This document shows, piece by piece, positions 27,201 through 41,055 of a stretch of 64,000 nt of DNA. The notes under the pieces were generated by a model. The model was not told where the DNA came from, did no database searches, and saw nothing but the letters and a program-made list of their open reading frames with translations. Origin of the DNA: Balanoglossus misakiensis (lineage: Eukaryota; Animalia; Hemichordata); the NCBI GenBank assembly GCA_040954595.2, contig CM082578.2, forward strand, positions 9,347,519-9,411,518, in the 5' to 3' direction. The number at the start of each line of letters is the position of its first letter. Positions within the stretch are counted from its first letter, which is position 1. The position numbers were made by a program, and so were the translations under genes.

Positions 27201-27689
27201 TAATCGGACAACTTCCACCCAGTTTGCGAAGACACGCCCGCCAGAGAAAAGATAAAACCTGAAATACCACCAAAGCTTGCCTCCGGCTTTTTTTATCGGT
27301 AATAGCGTCCGTCCCTTCGCATATGTCTTCTGAAGGTGACCATTTTGTGAGACAACTGGGGGCCGTAAAAAACCTGGAAGCGTGTTTACGGACTCGTGGA
27401 CCTTTGGTTGCCCCCTGGCAAATTTCTCAATTAGGCAGAGAGAGAGAGAAGGTAGCTTAGAATATCCCATGATTTAAAGCGTGACCTTACTTGACCCCGC
27501 GAAATACAATCAAGCGACACTAGGAAACACAAGAATAGGCCGTTATAGGTTCATATGACCTATCCATTATTACGTCTTTCTGCTTCGACAAGAATCAGTG
27601 CATAGTTTGTGCTATGTACACATCTCACAGGGAACGGGTGGCGGAAGTGGTATCAACTATCCTGCATGACGCTATTTTCAATGTTAACA

Positions 27690-29231
27690 TTAATATTTTG
27701 TACAAGCTGAGGTCAGTTCAGCCATCATATCTTGATGTACTCTGTAGTCATTCAGGCTACTGAATGCGGCCCACAGTAGAGCTGCAAAGAAAGCCTGCAC
27801 GAATAACAAAGCCTGGGAGCGATTGACAACCATGTCCATCCAGGTCACGTGAAATCCAGTAAACGGGCCGCTGGTGATGTAGTCTGTGACCATGCTCCAT
27901 CTCGCTTGGTGGCGCTCGTCATGAGCTTCCTCCGACTCGCCTGTTGCTGGTGGTGTGAGCGTGATTTGGATCGTGCGGGCCTTTTCGGCGATTGCTTTGT
28001 AGGCATCTGATATACGCAGGGAGGCCAAAAGGATAAAAATCCAAGGAGACAGAAAACCAACGACCACTTTCACTACCTTGACAAGACTGAACAGCCAATC
28101 GTGAGAGGAATCTTGTCTTAGGGCGAAGTGAAAATGCGCGTACACAGCCGGCAGAGCGAAGCCGAGGCTGAGGCTTATCAGGAGAAACTGCGACACGCAC
28201 CTGAAGAGCTCGACACGATTCTCGTCTCGCGTTATAGCATGAAATTCCCTGGTGACTTGCTCCGGTCTGTCAGTTAGGACTTGCATTCGCTGCGGAAACT
28301 TGCGAAGCCTGAACTCATACGAATGTAGAATCACATAGTAGAGCAGCGAAACCAGCGTCACCAATAGGAAAGGGTACGAATCCACGCATGTGTACAGAAT
28401 CAGTGGTACGAAGTTGCCCGCGTCATTGGTTTGATTCAGTGCACAGGAAACGTTAATGAACGACAGCGGATTCTCCGGATCTTCAATAGACTCGGTACAC
28501 GTATCAGCCAACACCAGTACAACGTATACCAATAAGTAAAGGGCGGCCCACGGGAAGACTCGCTTTAAAAGATTGCTGGTGTATTTGCCGCACTCCTTAC
28601 TGACATCCTGTTCATCCCGGGTCGCATCGTCCGCCTTGATTCCGTCGTGTATTATCTCAAACGCGAGTCCCAAAACGTTTTTCTTGTAAAACATGTCCAG
28701 GGCGAAGCAGTACGTGACAAGTGGGGCTGCGTGGATGAGCGTCACCAGCACCAGTGCGATAACGGTGCCGTCGTTTTCGTAGCTCGTCCCCGTTGTCAGT
28801 TTCTTCCAGAAATCGACGTCTTTCACGTGGGACAATAGGCGCAAGGCGATGGCCGGCAAACAGAACAGAACGTTTAAGAGAAGGAAGCAGAAGGACCAAG
28901 CTGTGAACATGTGACCAGGTCGCCAGCCAAGGAATTTGAGCAGCCACGAGAGCCAGCGATGATGCTTTAATTCGGTCACAACATCGAGACCGCCTTCAGG
29001 TATATTCATCAGGTGGTCAGTGTTGTTTTCTCTGCCGGTTTCTTTGGATATTCGATCGGCATCGCACATTTCACTGTCGTCGAGAAGACTTCTACTTTGC
29101 AGCGATTCCTCGTCGAGATCGTGTTCGCTACCACGGTCTGGTTTGCACTGTGTATCGGTTTCACGTGGATTTTCAAAAGATTTCTCCGGATCCTTGCCCT
29201 GGGCTAGCGCACACGCAGTAGACTCTGCCAT
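27690..29231 (-). CDS. Single-coding-exon 7-TM protein, gustatory-receptor-like (Grl)/DUF3537-like 7TM ion channel candidate, 513 aa
   Basis: Likely start ACAAAATGG at 29231, just after a TTGTGTAG acceptor. Polar N-terminus, amphipathic WLLKFLGW helix, six TM helices, LLASLRIS after TM6, then VTDYITSGPFTGFHVTWMDMVVNRSQALLFVQAFFAALLW resembling the split TM7 of GR/DUF3537 proteins. No DRY/NPxxY motifs. Coding status is clear; the family call is inference. Confidence 0.7.
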   Translation of the reverse strand: MAESTACALAQGKDPEKSFENPRETDTQCKPDRGSEHDLDEESLQSRSLLDDSEMCDADRISKETGRENNTDHLMNIPEGGLDVVTELKHHRWLSWLLKFLGWRPGHMFTAWSFCFLLLNVLFCLPAIALRLLSHVKDVDFWKKLTTGTSYENDGTVIALVLVTLIHAAPLVTYCFALDMFYKKNVLGLAFEIIHDGIKADDATRDEQDVSKECGKYTSNLLKRVFPWAALYLLVYVVLVLADTCTESIEDPENPLSFINVSCALNQTNDAGNFVPLILYTCVDSYPFLLVTLVSLLYYVILHSYEFRLRKFPQRMQVLTDRPEQVTREFHAITRDENRVELFRCVSQFLLISLSLGFALPAVYAHFHFALRQDSSHDWLFSLVKVVKVVVGFLSPWIFILLASLRISDAYKAIAEKARTIQITLTPPATGESEEAHDERHQARWSMVTDYITSGPFTGFHVTWMDMVVNRSQALLFVQAFFAALLWAAFSSLNDYRVHQDMMAELTSACTKY

Positions 29232-32200
29232 TTTGTCTACACAACAACAAAAAATGCAGGAGATTACCTCAGATTCGCTCTTTGGTAAAAAGCTAGTCGC
29301 TGTGTATAGTCCAAATATCTCACATGTCAAGCAATACTGACAACGGATTCTGAAAAGGGATAACGTGAAAACGAAGTTTTAATGATTAAAACTATACTGA
29401 AGTTGTCTTTATCCGTCAAGTCTAAGTTGCATAGGCCTAATCCCATATTCATGACGGGATGGTTTCATCCACTTTTTTTTCTCGGAATCAATGATCAGTT
29501 AATGAGCCAATAGAACATGTTCCTATTAGCGATTTTGCGTTTAAACAGATTCAACTTCCACAGCTGGCTGTCTCAGACCTCCCACAGAGTGAGCTAAAAA
29601 CTGAAATCCACATTTTTACAACAATCCAACATTTTTTAATTCACCTGAAACGAAATCTCGTGGGTAAAGAAAATCATTCACGTAAGGTACTTTTCTCCGC
29701 TCATTGGAACTTTTTTTGCCGTTAAACACGATGGGCCATGTTTTGTTTTCCCTATGTCACATGATAATGCACTCACATATAAACTGCCCAGCCACGCTAC
29801 ATCTCGCAGGGTCTCGGGGAGCTCGGAAAATTTATTCAGACATTCCTGACGGAACACATTATTTCGGACTTGATGAAATTCGGCACACGCGTGTGGTACG
29901 ATATCATATTGGAGGCGTGGCTAAAAACTAAATAGATATCAGATGCCTGATTTATTTCGACCTTTACACATGGATAATGGCATATGACATCATTTGCACG
30001 CGTTGCATCATTTGTAAGTTGGAGATAAAAACATGTATAAATATGATCATGACATGCATGATCCTGAATGTACCAAAGTTGCTGAGAGTTCATGCTATAT
30101 GGATGGGTGTGACTTCTCTCTCATGCTGTCTACAGCTATAAACGGGAAAATCTGCTCTATTACCCAAAATCATAATTGATATCACAAAACCTTTTCCACT
30201 CCATATATAGTTTGGCTACTAGTATTTTGGCGCTATGTTGGGTTTTCTGTAAAGGGCAAAGACAATATTTGTAGTCTACAGAGTCGCAATGAAGTTTTTA
30301 CAGCCTAGGGTATTTGTTGCCTTGGCGTGGGCGGTCACTTGAAGTTCGCATGACTCACTGGGAAAGTCCCGGGCGATTTACCTGTTTTGGTTTTAGGGTC
30401 ATGTGATCTACGTGTCACGATTCTTCTAGCACTAGAATTAGTAGAAATAAGTTTTATACGAAACCCAGATTATCTAACGCTTTTTTAGAAATTCAAGCCT
30501 TATTTTCCCACGTGTACATTTTTGTATAAAGTTTTATATAAATTAGGCTTCTAGATTCCGTCGAGCATATGATGGCCTGGATTCGAACTCATTCAACTAC
30601 AACTCGGGATCAACTTCTGCAACAGTCACATACAATGTGCATGAAAATTATACAGTTAGTTAAACTAAGCAGATCCATAAAGACCAGGAAGTGATGTCAT
30701 GTGTTTCAAAAATATTAAGGGTACCCTGCCCGACAAGTGACATCCGCCGGTATATCAATTTCGAAGTCAAACTAGAGGAAGTAGTCACACATTAAAGACA
30801 AACGTCGCTGACACCATCAGTGATCATTTGCTTCAGAGATACATTGCACATGTACTTTATCCAACAGCTCATGAAATTGGCCAGAAATGCGATTGAATAT
30901 AGTAACGGTAATAAAAATGGTGCACGTTTACCTTTCCTTCGAAAGCGTGAACAGCAGACGGGAAAATAATGATAAAGGGGCGAATTATGCAGACCATCCA
31001 CCGATATTTCAAGACCCTGGCCTGGGAATCACGTGACATCAATGAAGTCACCAAAAGTCATATTTATAGAAGTAAACTGGAAATTTCCGCATTCATAGGG
31101 ACCTTTCAAAAATGTGCGAGGGTGGGTAGGGTCGCCCTTCGAAAAGGCCACATTGCGATAATCTAAATCTATGCGGATTTCCATTTGTAAAATCTATCCT
31201 CTCCGTACAAGACTATTGCATTTTACGACACTTGAACTTGTTTCATCAAATCCCTGCAAGAGTTTTCCTGTATTCATGACGGTATCGATGTGGGCTTTCT
31301 AAAATCATAACCCAAGCGGGATGTTTCCGTTTTAGATTTATGCACAATCGTCACAATATTATATCAAAATATTTAGTCTATCATTGATATTGTGTGTTGT
31401 CTGGGGCCATAAAATGTCTGACTTGAAGTTCGGAGTATTCTTCTCACCTCACCATGTTTAACAACTGACATCTCCCTTAAAATAGGTCCGCTCTCTTTCT
31501 GATGCAATCCACAGCTAAGACGGTCGGCCTCCCAGACTTTGTTTTTTCAAATCGTCACAAACAGGCTACAGACTGGCTTATCTCATTCAAACAGATCCTG
31601 CTCCATACATCACAAACCCTAAATATGCTCACAACAATCAATGCCACCTCAGAGTTAGTTAGTTAGTAGTTTGCATACTTCGCAGTGTGACTGTGTTGGT
31701 CTCATTTTGCATGCATCGGTGCCACAGTGACCATGTATTTCTGAGGTCATAGTTCTGGAGGATAACAAATGTTGTTTGTGTATTTTCACACATCATATAC
31801 CTCCACGAGTATTTGCGATGATGTACTAAAACACACAAGGCGCAGCAGACCTTGTACCTCTAGGTAGCGCTGAAATGATCTGCCCTGAAAAGGGTTGACC
31901 GTTTGTTTGTCGTTGCCACAGGTGCTAGAAAATGATCTATGGCCTCAGCTGTAGTATACTATATCTACAATGTCTGAAAATCCGGTTCAGAGATGGGTTA
32001 AGGTACACTTTACTCATTTATCTTTCCAATCCTGATTTCGAAACGAAACCACCAGATCAGATAAGCCAGGCAGAGAGCGAAAATTACTTTACGACATTTA
32101 TGACATTTGATATTATGATATGACGACGTTGGAAAACTATACACCAAACTTCTCTGTCTCTCTTCAATTTGTAGATAGTTTCAGCAGGTCCGGCACTTCT

Positions 32201-32621
32201 CATCATGTACTTCTTATGTTTGAGGCTGCAACCATTATGCATTGCTTTTTGCCTCGAGTCGGCCATCTTTGCCCGGAGATTTTGCTCTTGTATTTCCCCA
32301 GACCCTCTTTCTGGAGTGCCCCACGGAAGAAGCAGAGGTGTCTGGGTAACCGAGACTATTTACAGTACATGCTTTGAGTCACTCTGAAATACAAACGGGT
32401 GGATTACTTTGTGCTGATTGTTCGTGTGCTTATCACTGGCGAAAAATTTTACCTGTTTGTCTATGATGTTAAATTGCAAAACATACTATATATAGTGGCA
32501 TATTACTTGTATCGACCAAAAGATCATCAAAAATGAAATTCCTTGGATGTCACTCGGTCACCACGCCAAGGATTGACGAAACAGAGAGGAGTACACGCTG
32601 GTTGTCCCGAATGTAAAACTC

Positions 32622-35600
32622 TTAGGCATTTGCGAATTCAAGGAGTATTTTGGCGCTCTTGTAGGGTCTCTCGATTGTGATAGAATGACCGCATCTGTCC
32701 AGAACGTCCACCCGTTCCAGACTCCTGAGATCTTTCTTTATGACGTCCAGACTGGATATGTCCAGTAGCTGCAATAAGGACAGTGAGACAGGGTCAAAAA
32801 CAAACCGGAGAGGGGTGGTGAAATTTTGATAGTCTCCGTGTCAATTACATGGTGTGGGAACATTTGTGTATGTTCAATGAAGAATTCAGCAACTGTGTCT
32901 TGTTTCAGGGACTGGGACTCACTGGTACATGTATATGAATGCACATGACATTTCTTGATTTGTCATACAAGTAACTTAAACTTGTTCACCTCTTTGGAAT
33001 GAGAGGTCAATCTCTGCATGAGGTCAGAGGTTACAAGTCAGGGTTAAAAAGTAAAATTTGTCACAGAAATTCAGGTGGGAAATTTACTTGGGTTAATTGT
33101 CCTACCTCATCGAATTCCCCCCAGATCACTTGCGTTGGGGTCTGGATATCTTGAAGTCTGGTCTGCAGAGCGTCCCTGGAGTTCTCTTTGCTGATTTCAT
33201 GCAACACTGCAAAAAAACAGAATGTGTCCAACCCCCTTTACAACCATAGTTTGGTCCGATTCAGCTGTTTTCAATGGTTTGGGTTGATCCACATTGGGGA
33301 TGAGGGGTGGTGGTAAAGTTTTGTCTGATGTTGTGAATGACGTAAGTATACTGATCACCCATGTTTAGGCACCAAGCACTGAGACCCGACTTTGTTTTAT
33401 TTTACCCTTTGACAAGTAACACCTGAGACTAGAAAATCTTGGCAAAATTCTGCAAATGACAGTTTAATGCCCTATCTGTTAATGATTAGGCAAAGCCAAC
33501 TCATGTTCATGTTTGACTAGTTTTTAAAACAGTGCAACCAGTAACATGGACACAAGACAGCACGAGAGAGAGTTTAAACTTTGTTGCCTTTTGTTTCATC
33601 AAAAGAAGTAGAAATTATACAATTTGTTGTCTCATCCGTACTTACAATGTTTATAGAATTCATTGTGTGGTTTTCTCACTTCAACTATAAGTCTGTAAAC
33701 CTGTGTGTAAAACAAGGAATGGGAAGCAACAAAGTGAAAATGGGGCATAAGAAAAAGAAATTGTCTTGGAGCTATTTGTCTTGTCACCACTCTAAAGGTT
33801 GGTGTTATTCATGAAATAACATGGCCAGTGTCAAATTGACGACTTGTCAATTTAGTGTCTACTCGGCATGCCATGAAATGCTGTCGTTTGTACACAGCGC
33901 CCTCTTGTGGCATAAAGCACACATATCTCAGATTATGTATTGGTGTATTGTTGCTGATTGTTGATGGCTATCAAGGATTATCTAATCTCCAGGTACATGT
34001 ATTTACATACATACAGGGAAGGTAACATACCCAGTTAGGCATCTCACGATTCTTGTGAAAAATGTAGGGCTGTGTTTTTTTAATCTCTTCCACAGTCTCC
34101 GGCAGTGGTATCTTGTCGCCTTTCACCATTTCCTGGCCGTATTTGCTGACCTTTGGGGTCACAATTCCTGTGTGTGAAAGACGATTGATAATCGGGGGAG
34201 GGGAGTAGAAACAGCATTTCTGAGGAACATCACATGCTGAAACAATAATGATGGGTACATTTTTGCCCAAAACATTGATGGCCGGGGCAGCAAAAGAGGC
34301 TAGCGCTTTCAAACTGCAAAACTACACTATCACTGTTCTTGAATCGGCATATACAGATCAAACATTTGTCAGCAAAACTGAGCTCTAAACTGTCAGCTGG
34401 ATTTTTTTCAGTCTAAGGACTCCATTATTTTTAACAACGGTAAATATGATGATATTCAGTATCACAAAATACTTCTGCTGACCAACCCACCTGCTGGACA
34501 GAAAAGGCTCAATTTGACCAAATCTTGAGGATACATGGCCGCATAAACACCAGCCACACCACCACCCATGGAGATACCGGATAAATGAAATCGGGACTTG
34601 TTCAATCCGTATGCCACCACAAACTGGAATGTGTATGTATATGAAATTTTAAAAATGATAATAAAATCAGGCAATCAGGTCAGGCAGTTCATCAGTAGAC
34701 AGAATGTGAGGCACTACTAGCAATTATGTTGTAGCAATATACAGAGAAATCTGCCTTCAATAAAAGAAAAGTTTTATTTTCATTACCTTGTGAACATTTT
34801 CGGCTTGTCCAACAAATGTGTAGTCGGCATTTGTTTCCCTGCTTGTGTTACCATGACCTGGCATATCCAAAATGATAACGTGGACATCTTTTGGCAATGC
34901 CTGTTGAGACAAAACAATACTGTCTGCACTGGATTTCTAGGCAAAAAATACTTTCATCTCAATATGAACCAGCAATATTTTTCTTAAATTTTAATTTTTA
35001 CAACAAGGCAATGCACTGACACCATTTTGTATGTATTTGGAACAAAAATATTCATAGTTATAATGAAAGTGAGAAAATATCCAAAGCAAAAAGGGTGGCA
35101 AATCATTTTGATAGACATACCTTTATCATTTGAGCCCACATGTCTTTGGCTCCAGAATATCCATGTAGAAACAACATTGTGGGTTTTGAAGATTTTCCTT
35201 TTCCTCTCTCTGCGTAACAGAACGTGAAATCGCCAGCTTTCAGGTATTTCACACCCAGTCCCAGTTTCAACAAAATGTACCTACAGGTGAATGTGTGGAG
35301 TGCAATTTTTACCATATTCACGTTAATTTATGGAATTTAGACGTGAATAATTCCGCGACATAATTTTGAGTACTGTCCAAAAATTATGTCATGGAGGTAC
35401 AACTATACAGTTCCAAACCCTGCATTTCAACATGCAGAGATAATCCTGAACATTCTAAATACCCTTTCCAATAAAAAACACAAATATCCGGAGTAATCTC
35501 AAAAGACAATGTTTGTACAGTGATGTGGCACTTTTTTGGAAGGAGAACTGCATTAAATTTTCAAATTACAGTTGATGCTTCCTCAATGGTTAGTATAGGT

Positions 35601-35804
35601 CTCACTTATACACACTGTTGAAGACAGATGTCATAAAGACAAGATGCTATTCCTGCCAAGGGTGACAGACGATGACAACACTTACCTGACATAAGCGAAG
35701 TACAACAGAGCAGGTTTGAAGTAGAGTAAGACGGCACTGGCGATGGTTGTTGAGCCGACCAGACCCAAAAGGCCACCGATACCGGTAATGGCAACAGCAG
35801 CCAT
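32622..35804 (-). CDS. ABHD6: Monoacylglycerol lipase ABHD6-like alpha/beta hydrolase, 321 aa
   Basis: Phase-consistent GT-AG coding exons 35804-35686, 35280-35121, 34900-34787, 34623-34491, 34167-34031, 33700-33646, 33206-33106, 32768-32622. A 5' UTR exon ends at 36133. N-terminal TM anchor, LFLHGYS, DMPGHG, nucleophile GISMG, IWGEFD (Asp), CGHS (His), VRKPHNEFY and ERPYK, as in ABHD6. Confidence 0.92.
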
Positions 35805-36393
35805 CAAGTTCTGATTCCTGTCAAAGGAGAATGGCACAAATTATAATTTGGGATTCAAAGTATTGCAAATCAATGATATACACATCCAACGTGTAACAAT
35901 AATTGAACTCCAGGGAAATTTGACTGTACTCTGAGAAGATATTTCACCATTCTGAGTTCGGTGGGTCGTTAAACTTGCTTACTGCAAATTTTTATGTCCC
36001 CTCCCCCCCCCCCCCCGACAACTTGCAAGGGGTGCCACAATGTTAAGGGGTGAATCGCACCCCAGGTCTAGATAGATCATCTGATGAAACACTGGTGTGA
36101 TAAGGCTACGGACCCGAACACAGCAACCTTACTCTTGCAGTTGATTGACTCAGAGAATCTGGCGTCGGCGCATTCTCATGATGGGCCGATATCGCTAGCG
36201 CTGGGCGTGTATTTTTGGGCTAGCAACGCAGCAAATTCGCCTCATCAAACCCATGAGATTTCGAACCCGGCAACGTGAGCAATATACCAGAGCAAGATGA
36301 TACACCTACCGTAACACAACTTCGGACTCCCAGTTTGGACTCGTAAGCAAGATTAGGGTATCTCTTCACTTCAACGCAGCAGAACCGCAACTG

Positions 36394-36406
36394 TGACCTT
36401 TGAACT
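36394..36406 (-). promoter_or_regulatory. DR1 nuclear-receptor element upstream of ABHD6 exon 1
   Basis: TGACCTTTGAACT (AGTTCAAAGGTCA on minus), about 260 bp upstream of the exon 1 donor at 36133. Confidence 0.35.
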
Positions 36407-37082
36407 AGCAAAAGTGCGTAAACCCCACCGACCAGACAGTCTGCGGAAAACAGTCGTAGGTGGCGCACTTCATATTTATGTTCAATACAGCACTGAGCAG
36501 CCACATCAAAAGTTCACCCCAACAAGAGATGGTATTCTAAATAAATTTTACAGTAATACAATTTTCAATTATTCTGCTATAAATTTTCCATCATGCTGAC
36601 ATGATTTGGGCGTACTATATAAGCCAATAGAGACAAATGGCAGCCAAAGACAAGACACGCAGCTCGCAGACGAAGGTGCTGCCCATTTCACTTTCCTCTA
36701 TTTTGGATGCAGGCGACAACTCGCTGAATGCAACATCAGTAATACAATATAAACAATGATTCAATGACCTAAAGCTGTGATGACATGAAAATCAGAGTGT
36801 CACATAACATGTCTGTATCCTCGCAGCCTTCATATATATGCAAAAAATAAATGTTAGATTTGGCGCCTATATGCTCATAACCGTCATGCGCATGCACAGG
36901 TAAGGGTCATTCAACCACCGCATCATGTAGGCCATTACCTCAAATATCCTGGACACATGCGCAAACATTACTAACAAGACATAATTATATGACATTTATT
37001 TATTTATTTATTTATTTATTCGGTCACTACCTGCGAGCTGACCTTTCACCCCACAATTCAATTCGAAGAGACTAGGTGGGTA

Positions 37083-39656
37083 TCACTTTTTCAAACTCGA
37101 CTCCGGGTTCCTCGACTGACGATTGCCGATATCATTTACCATGTTTACCGTCTGCTTGCCCAAACATTCCCAAACTTGTAGAATGCTGTAAATTGGATGG
37201 GAAAGGTTGTTATGCACACAAAATAAAACGAAAGAATCAATCTCCTCAAAGGAAATGAAGGCGCCTAGAAAACAAAGTCTTCAAACTTCTTGTGTTGCTC
37301 AAGACAACTAATATAAGATTATGAGAATAAAAACTTGCCTACCAACTACCGTGTAAAATTTTGAATGAGCGATAGAAAGCACTTACCCGATCATGGTGCA
37401 CTGTACGACTATCACAGACACAAAGACAAGATACACAATACTAGGCATGAACTCCACTGTTGTCGAGTATATGGTGTTAAACGCTAAGGGTGAAAAAGTC
37501 TGAGCAATCCCTTGTATACAGCCCAGGAAAGAAAACAAGATACCTGTGAGAGACAAATAGAGATAATACTTCGTCAACTCAGGCGACGTATTGACCGGTG
37601 AATGCCGACTCTGCTTCTAAAAGTTAACCGTCATAAGAGTAATCCTTCAAAGGGGCAAAAACGTACACGTAAACACCTTTCTAACACCTTTCTGCAATTT
37701 GCTGTCGAGTTTGGTACCCTTTGGCTTCGTCGACTATTGTCCAATTCGCGAAGGAGGACGATATTAGATGTGTCGGTTTGCCTGCCAGTGCAGCTGTAGG
37801 GGATTGTGAAATCTCCCCTCAGGACGAAACCTGGTTGCCCTTTTCGTTGTGCGCTGTCGCAAGTATTGAAGCGCATTCACGTTTGAAGAAAAGTGGTCCA
37901 AGTTCACAAAGTACCCACGGAGAGGTACTGCTGGTATAAAATTGTCATTTTTTGTCGCGGACCCTATAATCAAAGAGTGCAAGGGATCATATGAACGCGG
38001 CTTGCTACCCACCTTGTTCTGAAGGGTTCACCAACTTCGATATGCGGCTGCGTATAGCGGGAGAATTTATAGATGATAGGCAGCCTACTACCGGTGCTGC
38101 AAGGGAAAGAAATAAGGAAATCGAGTTCGAGTGTATTTACTATAATATACTAGAATGGTATGCTATACTATGCTACATGTACTGCATCATTAAAAGTACA
38201 AGCAATAGACGTGTGAGGTAAATTTCCATACGGAGGGTGAAATATTTGGCACAGTGGGGTTGGCTGGTTGGTTGGTTGATATAATGTTACCTTAATCACA
38301 TATAAAATAACCTTACCACATAATAACATTATCGGATTCAGCGCATACCCAATGAAGAGATTGTAGCCTATCCCGGAAAGGCAGCTGACTTGACTCATTC
38401 CTAGGTCACCAAGACAACAGGACAAAAGCTTTCCTCCCACCACTAGTCCTGGAACACATAAACTAAAAATATTAATATGACTCCACTTAAATGTTTATCA
38501 TATGTGACTTAGCAAAATTTGACCATCATTAGCGTCGTCGTCACCACAATGGTCATTACAATGACAACCAAGTAAATCATCATATATTACCATCCTTACC
38601 TATTCCACTGGCCATCAACGCCACTGCCTGGTAGTAGCCGAAGTAAACAGCGTTGAAACAATACGGCGGCGCCATGATATACAGAAGCGTTATAGACAAG
38701 GATGAGAAAACAATTGCATAGAGGAAAACTACAAAAGTTAATAGGGCCATTTTGTATGCATCTCCCCTTGTTCTGTTGGAGAACAAACGACCGACATCTT
38801 TAAACTGATCGCTAAAGGAAATGTTCACTTTCTGACGAGTTTTGGTTTCTTCAACCCAGACGATAATGTAAAAAATCGTAAACGCCATCACGCCGACTGA
38901 CATCCAAAGGGGCGGGATGAAGCCAGCTTGTTCGATCCAGTGTCCAACCCCGATCTGAGAAAGAGAACCTCCCAGATAGGCGGCAGTTTCTACAATTATG
39001 AGGCGCATTGTCAGCTGTTCCTTCGTGGTTATGTCTGCCATGTACGCAGAGGCTATTGCAATCGTGAGGAAGAGACCGCCGGTGATTCCACGCACGGCCT
39101 CGCTGATGAAAATGTACGCTATAGGAAGGTCGAACCTTATCACTATCATCAAAACAACGGTGCCCAGCAGTATTCCCACAGGTGGTACCAGTAGGGGTAG
39201 CTTCCTCCCGCCCCCTCGCTCGCTGTAAGAACCTAAAAACAAGGCCGAGACGAGCGTTAACAAGGACGAGGTGGCGTTGAACCCAAGCGCCCAGTAGGAA
39301 GCAATCGCTTGCACTCGCTGTCCGAGGATGTAATCCGGGTCGCTCTCGTTGACCGTGCAGACACCCAACTGCTTGCCGTCCTTGGCGTGAGTGGTGTAAT
39401 TGAGCGACTTGCCCACCGCGTGCACCAAAAATTGCACGCGCACCGCACCGAAGACCACCACGAAGATAGCCGTCGTCAGGAAGACAACTGGTTCCACAGT
39501 GACGACACGAAGCCACCGGCTTCCGGACTTCGGTACTGCTGGTGTTGCTGCCGCTGCAGCTGGATCGGATTTGTCTGAGTCGCCAAGCAAAGGATCCGTC
39601 TCGTCGTCGTCGTTGCAATTGTTGGCTGGCATGGTCCTACCTTCCCGATCCCCCAT
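37083..39656 (-). CDS. SLC46: SLC46-family MFS transporter (PCFT/SLC46A3-like), paralog D, ~510 aa
   Basis: Exons 39656-38600, 38448-38317, 38096-38013, 37543-37387, 37185-37083. The start could instead be 39716 or 39632. Motifs TVEPVVFL, GSYSERGGGRK, YMADIT, WVEET, MAPPYCF, IRSRISKLV...EQG. Confidence 0.9.
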
Positions 39657-40372
39657 GATCCATTCAACATATGATACCAATACGGCTGTGTTACAGTAGC
39701 ATCTTCGATCTGACACGCGACGTTGGTAAATGTCATAAATGGGATTCTCTCAGTAAAGTCATGGGTATGATACTAGTATCACTTGAAAGCAGAGAAGACG
39801 CCAATTATAAATCCAGGGCTTGGCCTGTTGACTTCAAAATCCAGATTCATTTAGGCCTAGCAACCCTGGGGCCGTCCTTGACACACCTTTCGAGTGAGTT
39901 CAAAGTTCGTTAGAAGGTGTTGCCCGTCGAAAGTTTATTACCATGATTACTATTAGACTCGCTCCTCACCCATTTGAGTAATTATGCAACCATTTTACTT
40001 CTAACACGGTCTCTATTTTAGGTTCACTCGCTGAAAGCTTTGTTCTTTTGAAATCCATGGCGGTGTCAACATTCCATTCGAGAGCGCACAACCAGACTCA
40101 CTGATTTGCATATAATGTTCTGAACATCTTGATGCCACTCCATTTCAGAATTTAGCCTAGATTTCTAGGCCTGTGGGCCTGTATCATATTTAATTCTGAG
40201 ACATTGTAATAAAAATAAAAAGCGGCCAATTTTCCTTTGAATTTACACGTTTATTTTTAAAGTTACACCACTATGTACATTATGAAGACGAGGAACTCAG
40301 TTTGGTCATATATTAGACTAGCGATATCAATTCGCAGCATTCAGTTCGAAGAGATCGTACAATAGTTCTTTG

Positions 40373-41020
40373 TCAAGTCTTGTCAGGACTCGTGTTGATG
40401 GATGGACTGTCTGAGATGCCAGGCGGACTCGGATGCAGCCTCCTCTTGGTCCCAAATTCCCAAAGTTGAAGGGCACTGCGACGTGGTAAAACATAACATA
40501 AATTCAATAGGAGAACTACAGAGCAATTACCCGAATAAATATATGTGTGAGCGTGCGTCTGTGTATATTGGTGAGAGAGGGTGGGAGGGGTGAGAGAGGG
40601 AGAGGAGAGAGAGAAATAGAGGGGAAGCAGAGAGAGATATTGAGTACACAGACAGACATAAGCAGCACATTCACTTACCCGACAATGACTGCCATCAGAA
40701 CTGTCACGGACGCAAACACAAGATACACTAGATTTGGCATTGAGTCCACTGTTGTCGAGTACAAAGTGTTGAACGCCAAGGGTGAAATAGTCTGAGCTAT
40801 CCCTTGTATACAACCCAGAAAAGAAAACAAAATGCCTGTGTGTGGAATTAAATAAATAATACTTGTGGTGAGAAATAGTTTTGATTTAGTGGCCGTAATG
40901 TTTTCAGACGTCATCTGTCTTTTCCAACTTAAAGGTAGACTAGAACGCTAGTCGTTTGCAATTGGCGTTTGTTTTGTGGTTATATGTGTGGGTTTTATGT
41001 CACTTGAATGTCTCAATAGA

Positions 41021-41055
<35 letters not shown>

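Noticed and set aside
26861-27470. Overlapping 88-133 aa ORFs downstream of the 7TM gene
   Set aside because: No recognisable domain, splice support or codon bias.
29232-29330. N-terminal extension of the 546-aa ORF (MTCEIFG...CCCVDK)
   Set aside because: Starts at a non-ATG codon and runs through a polypyrimidine tract and acceptor. The ATG at 29231 has better context.
13110-36290. Pol III B-box-like words (GGTTCGA near 13121, and on minus near 30580 and 36265) suggesting tRNA/SINE
   Set aside because: No cloverleaf, paired A-box or SINE tail could be traced.
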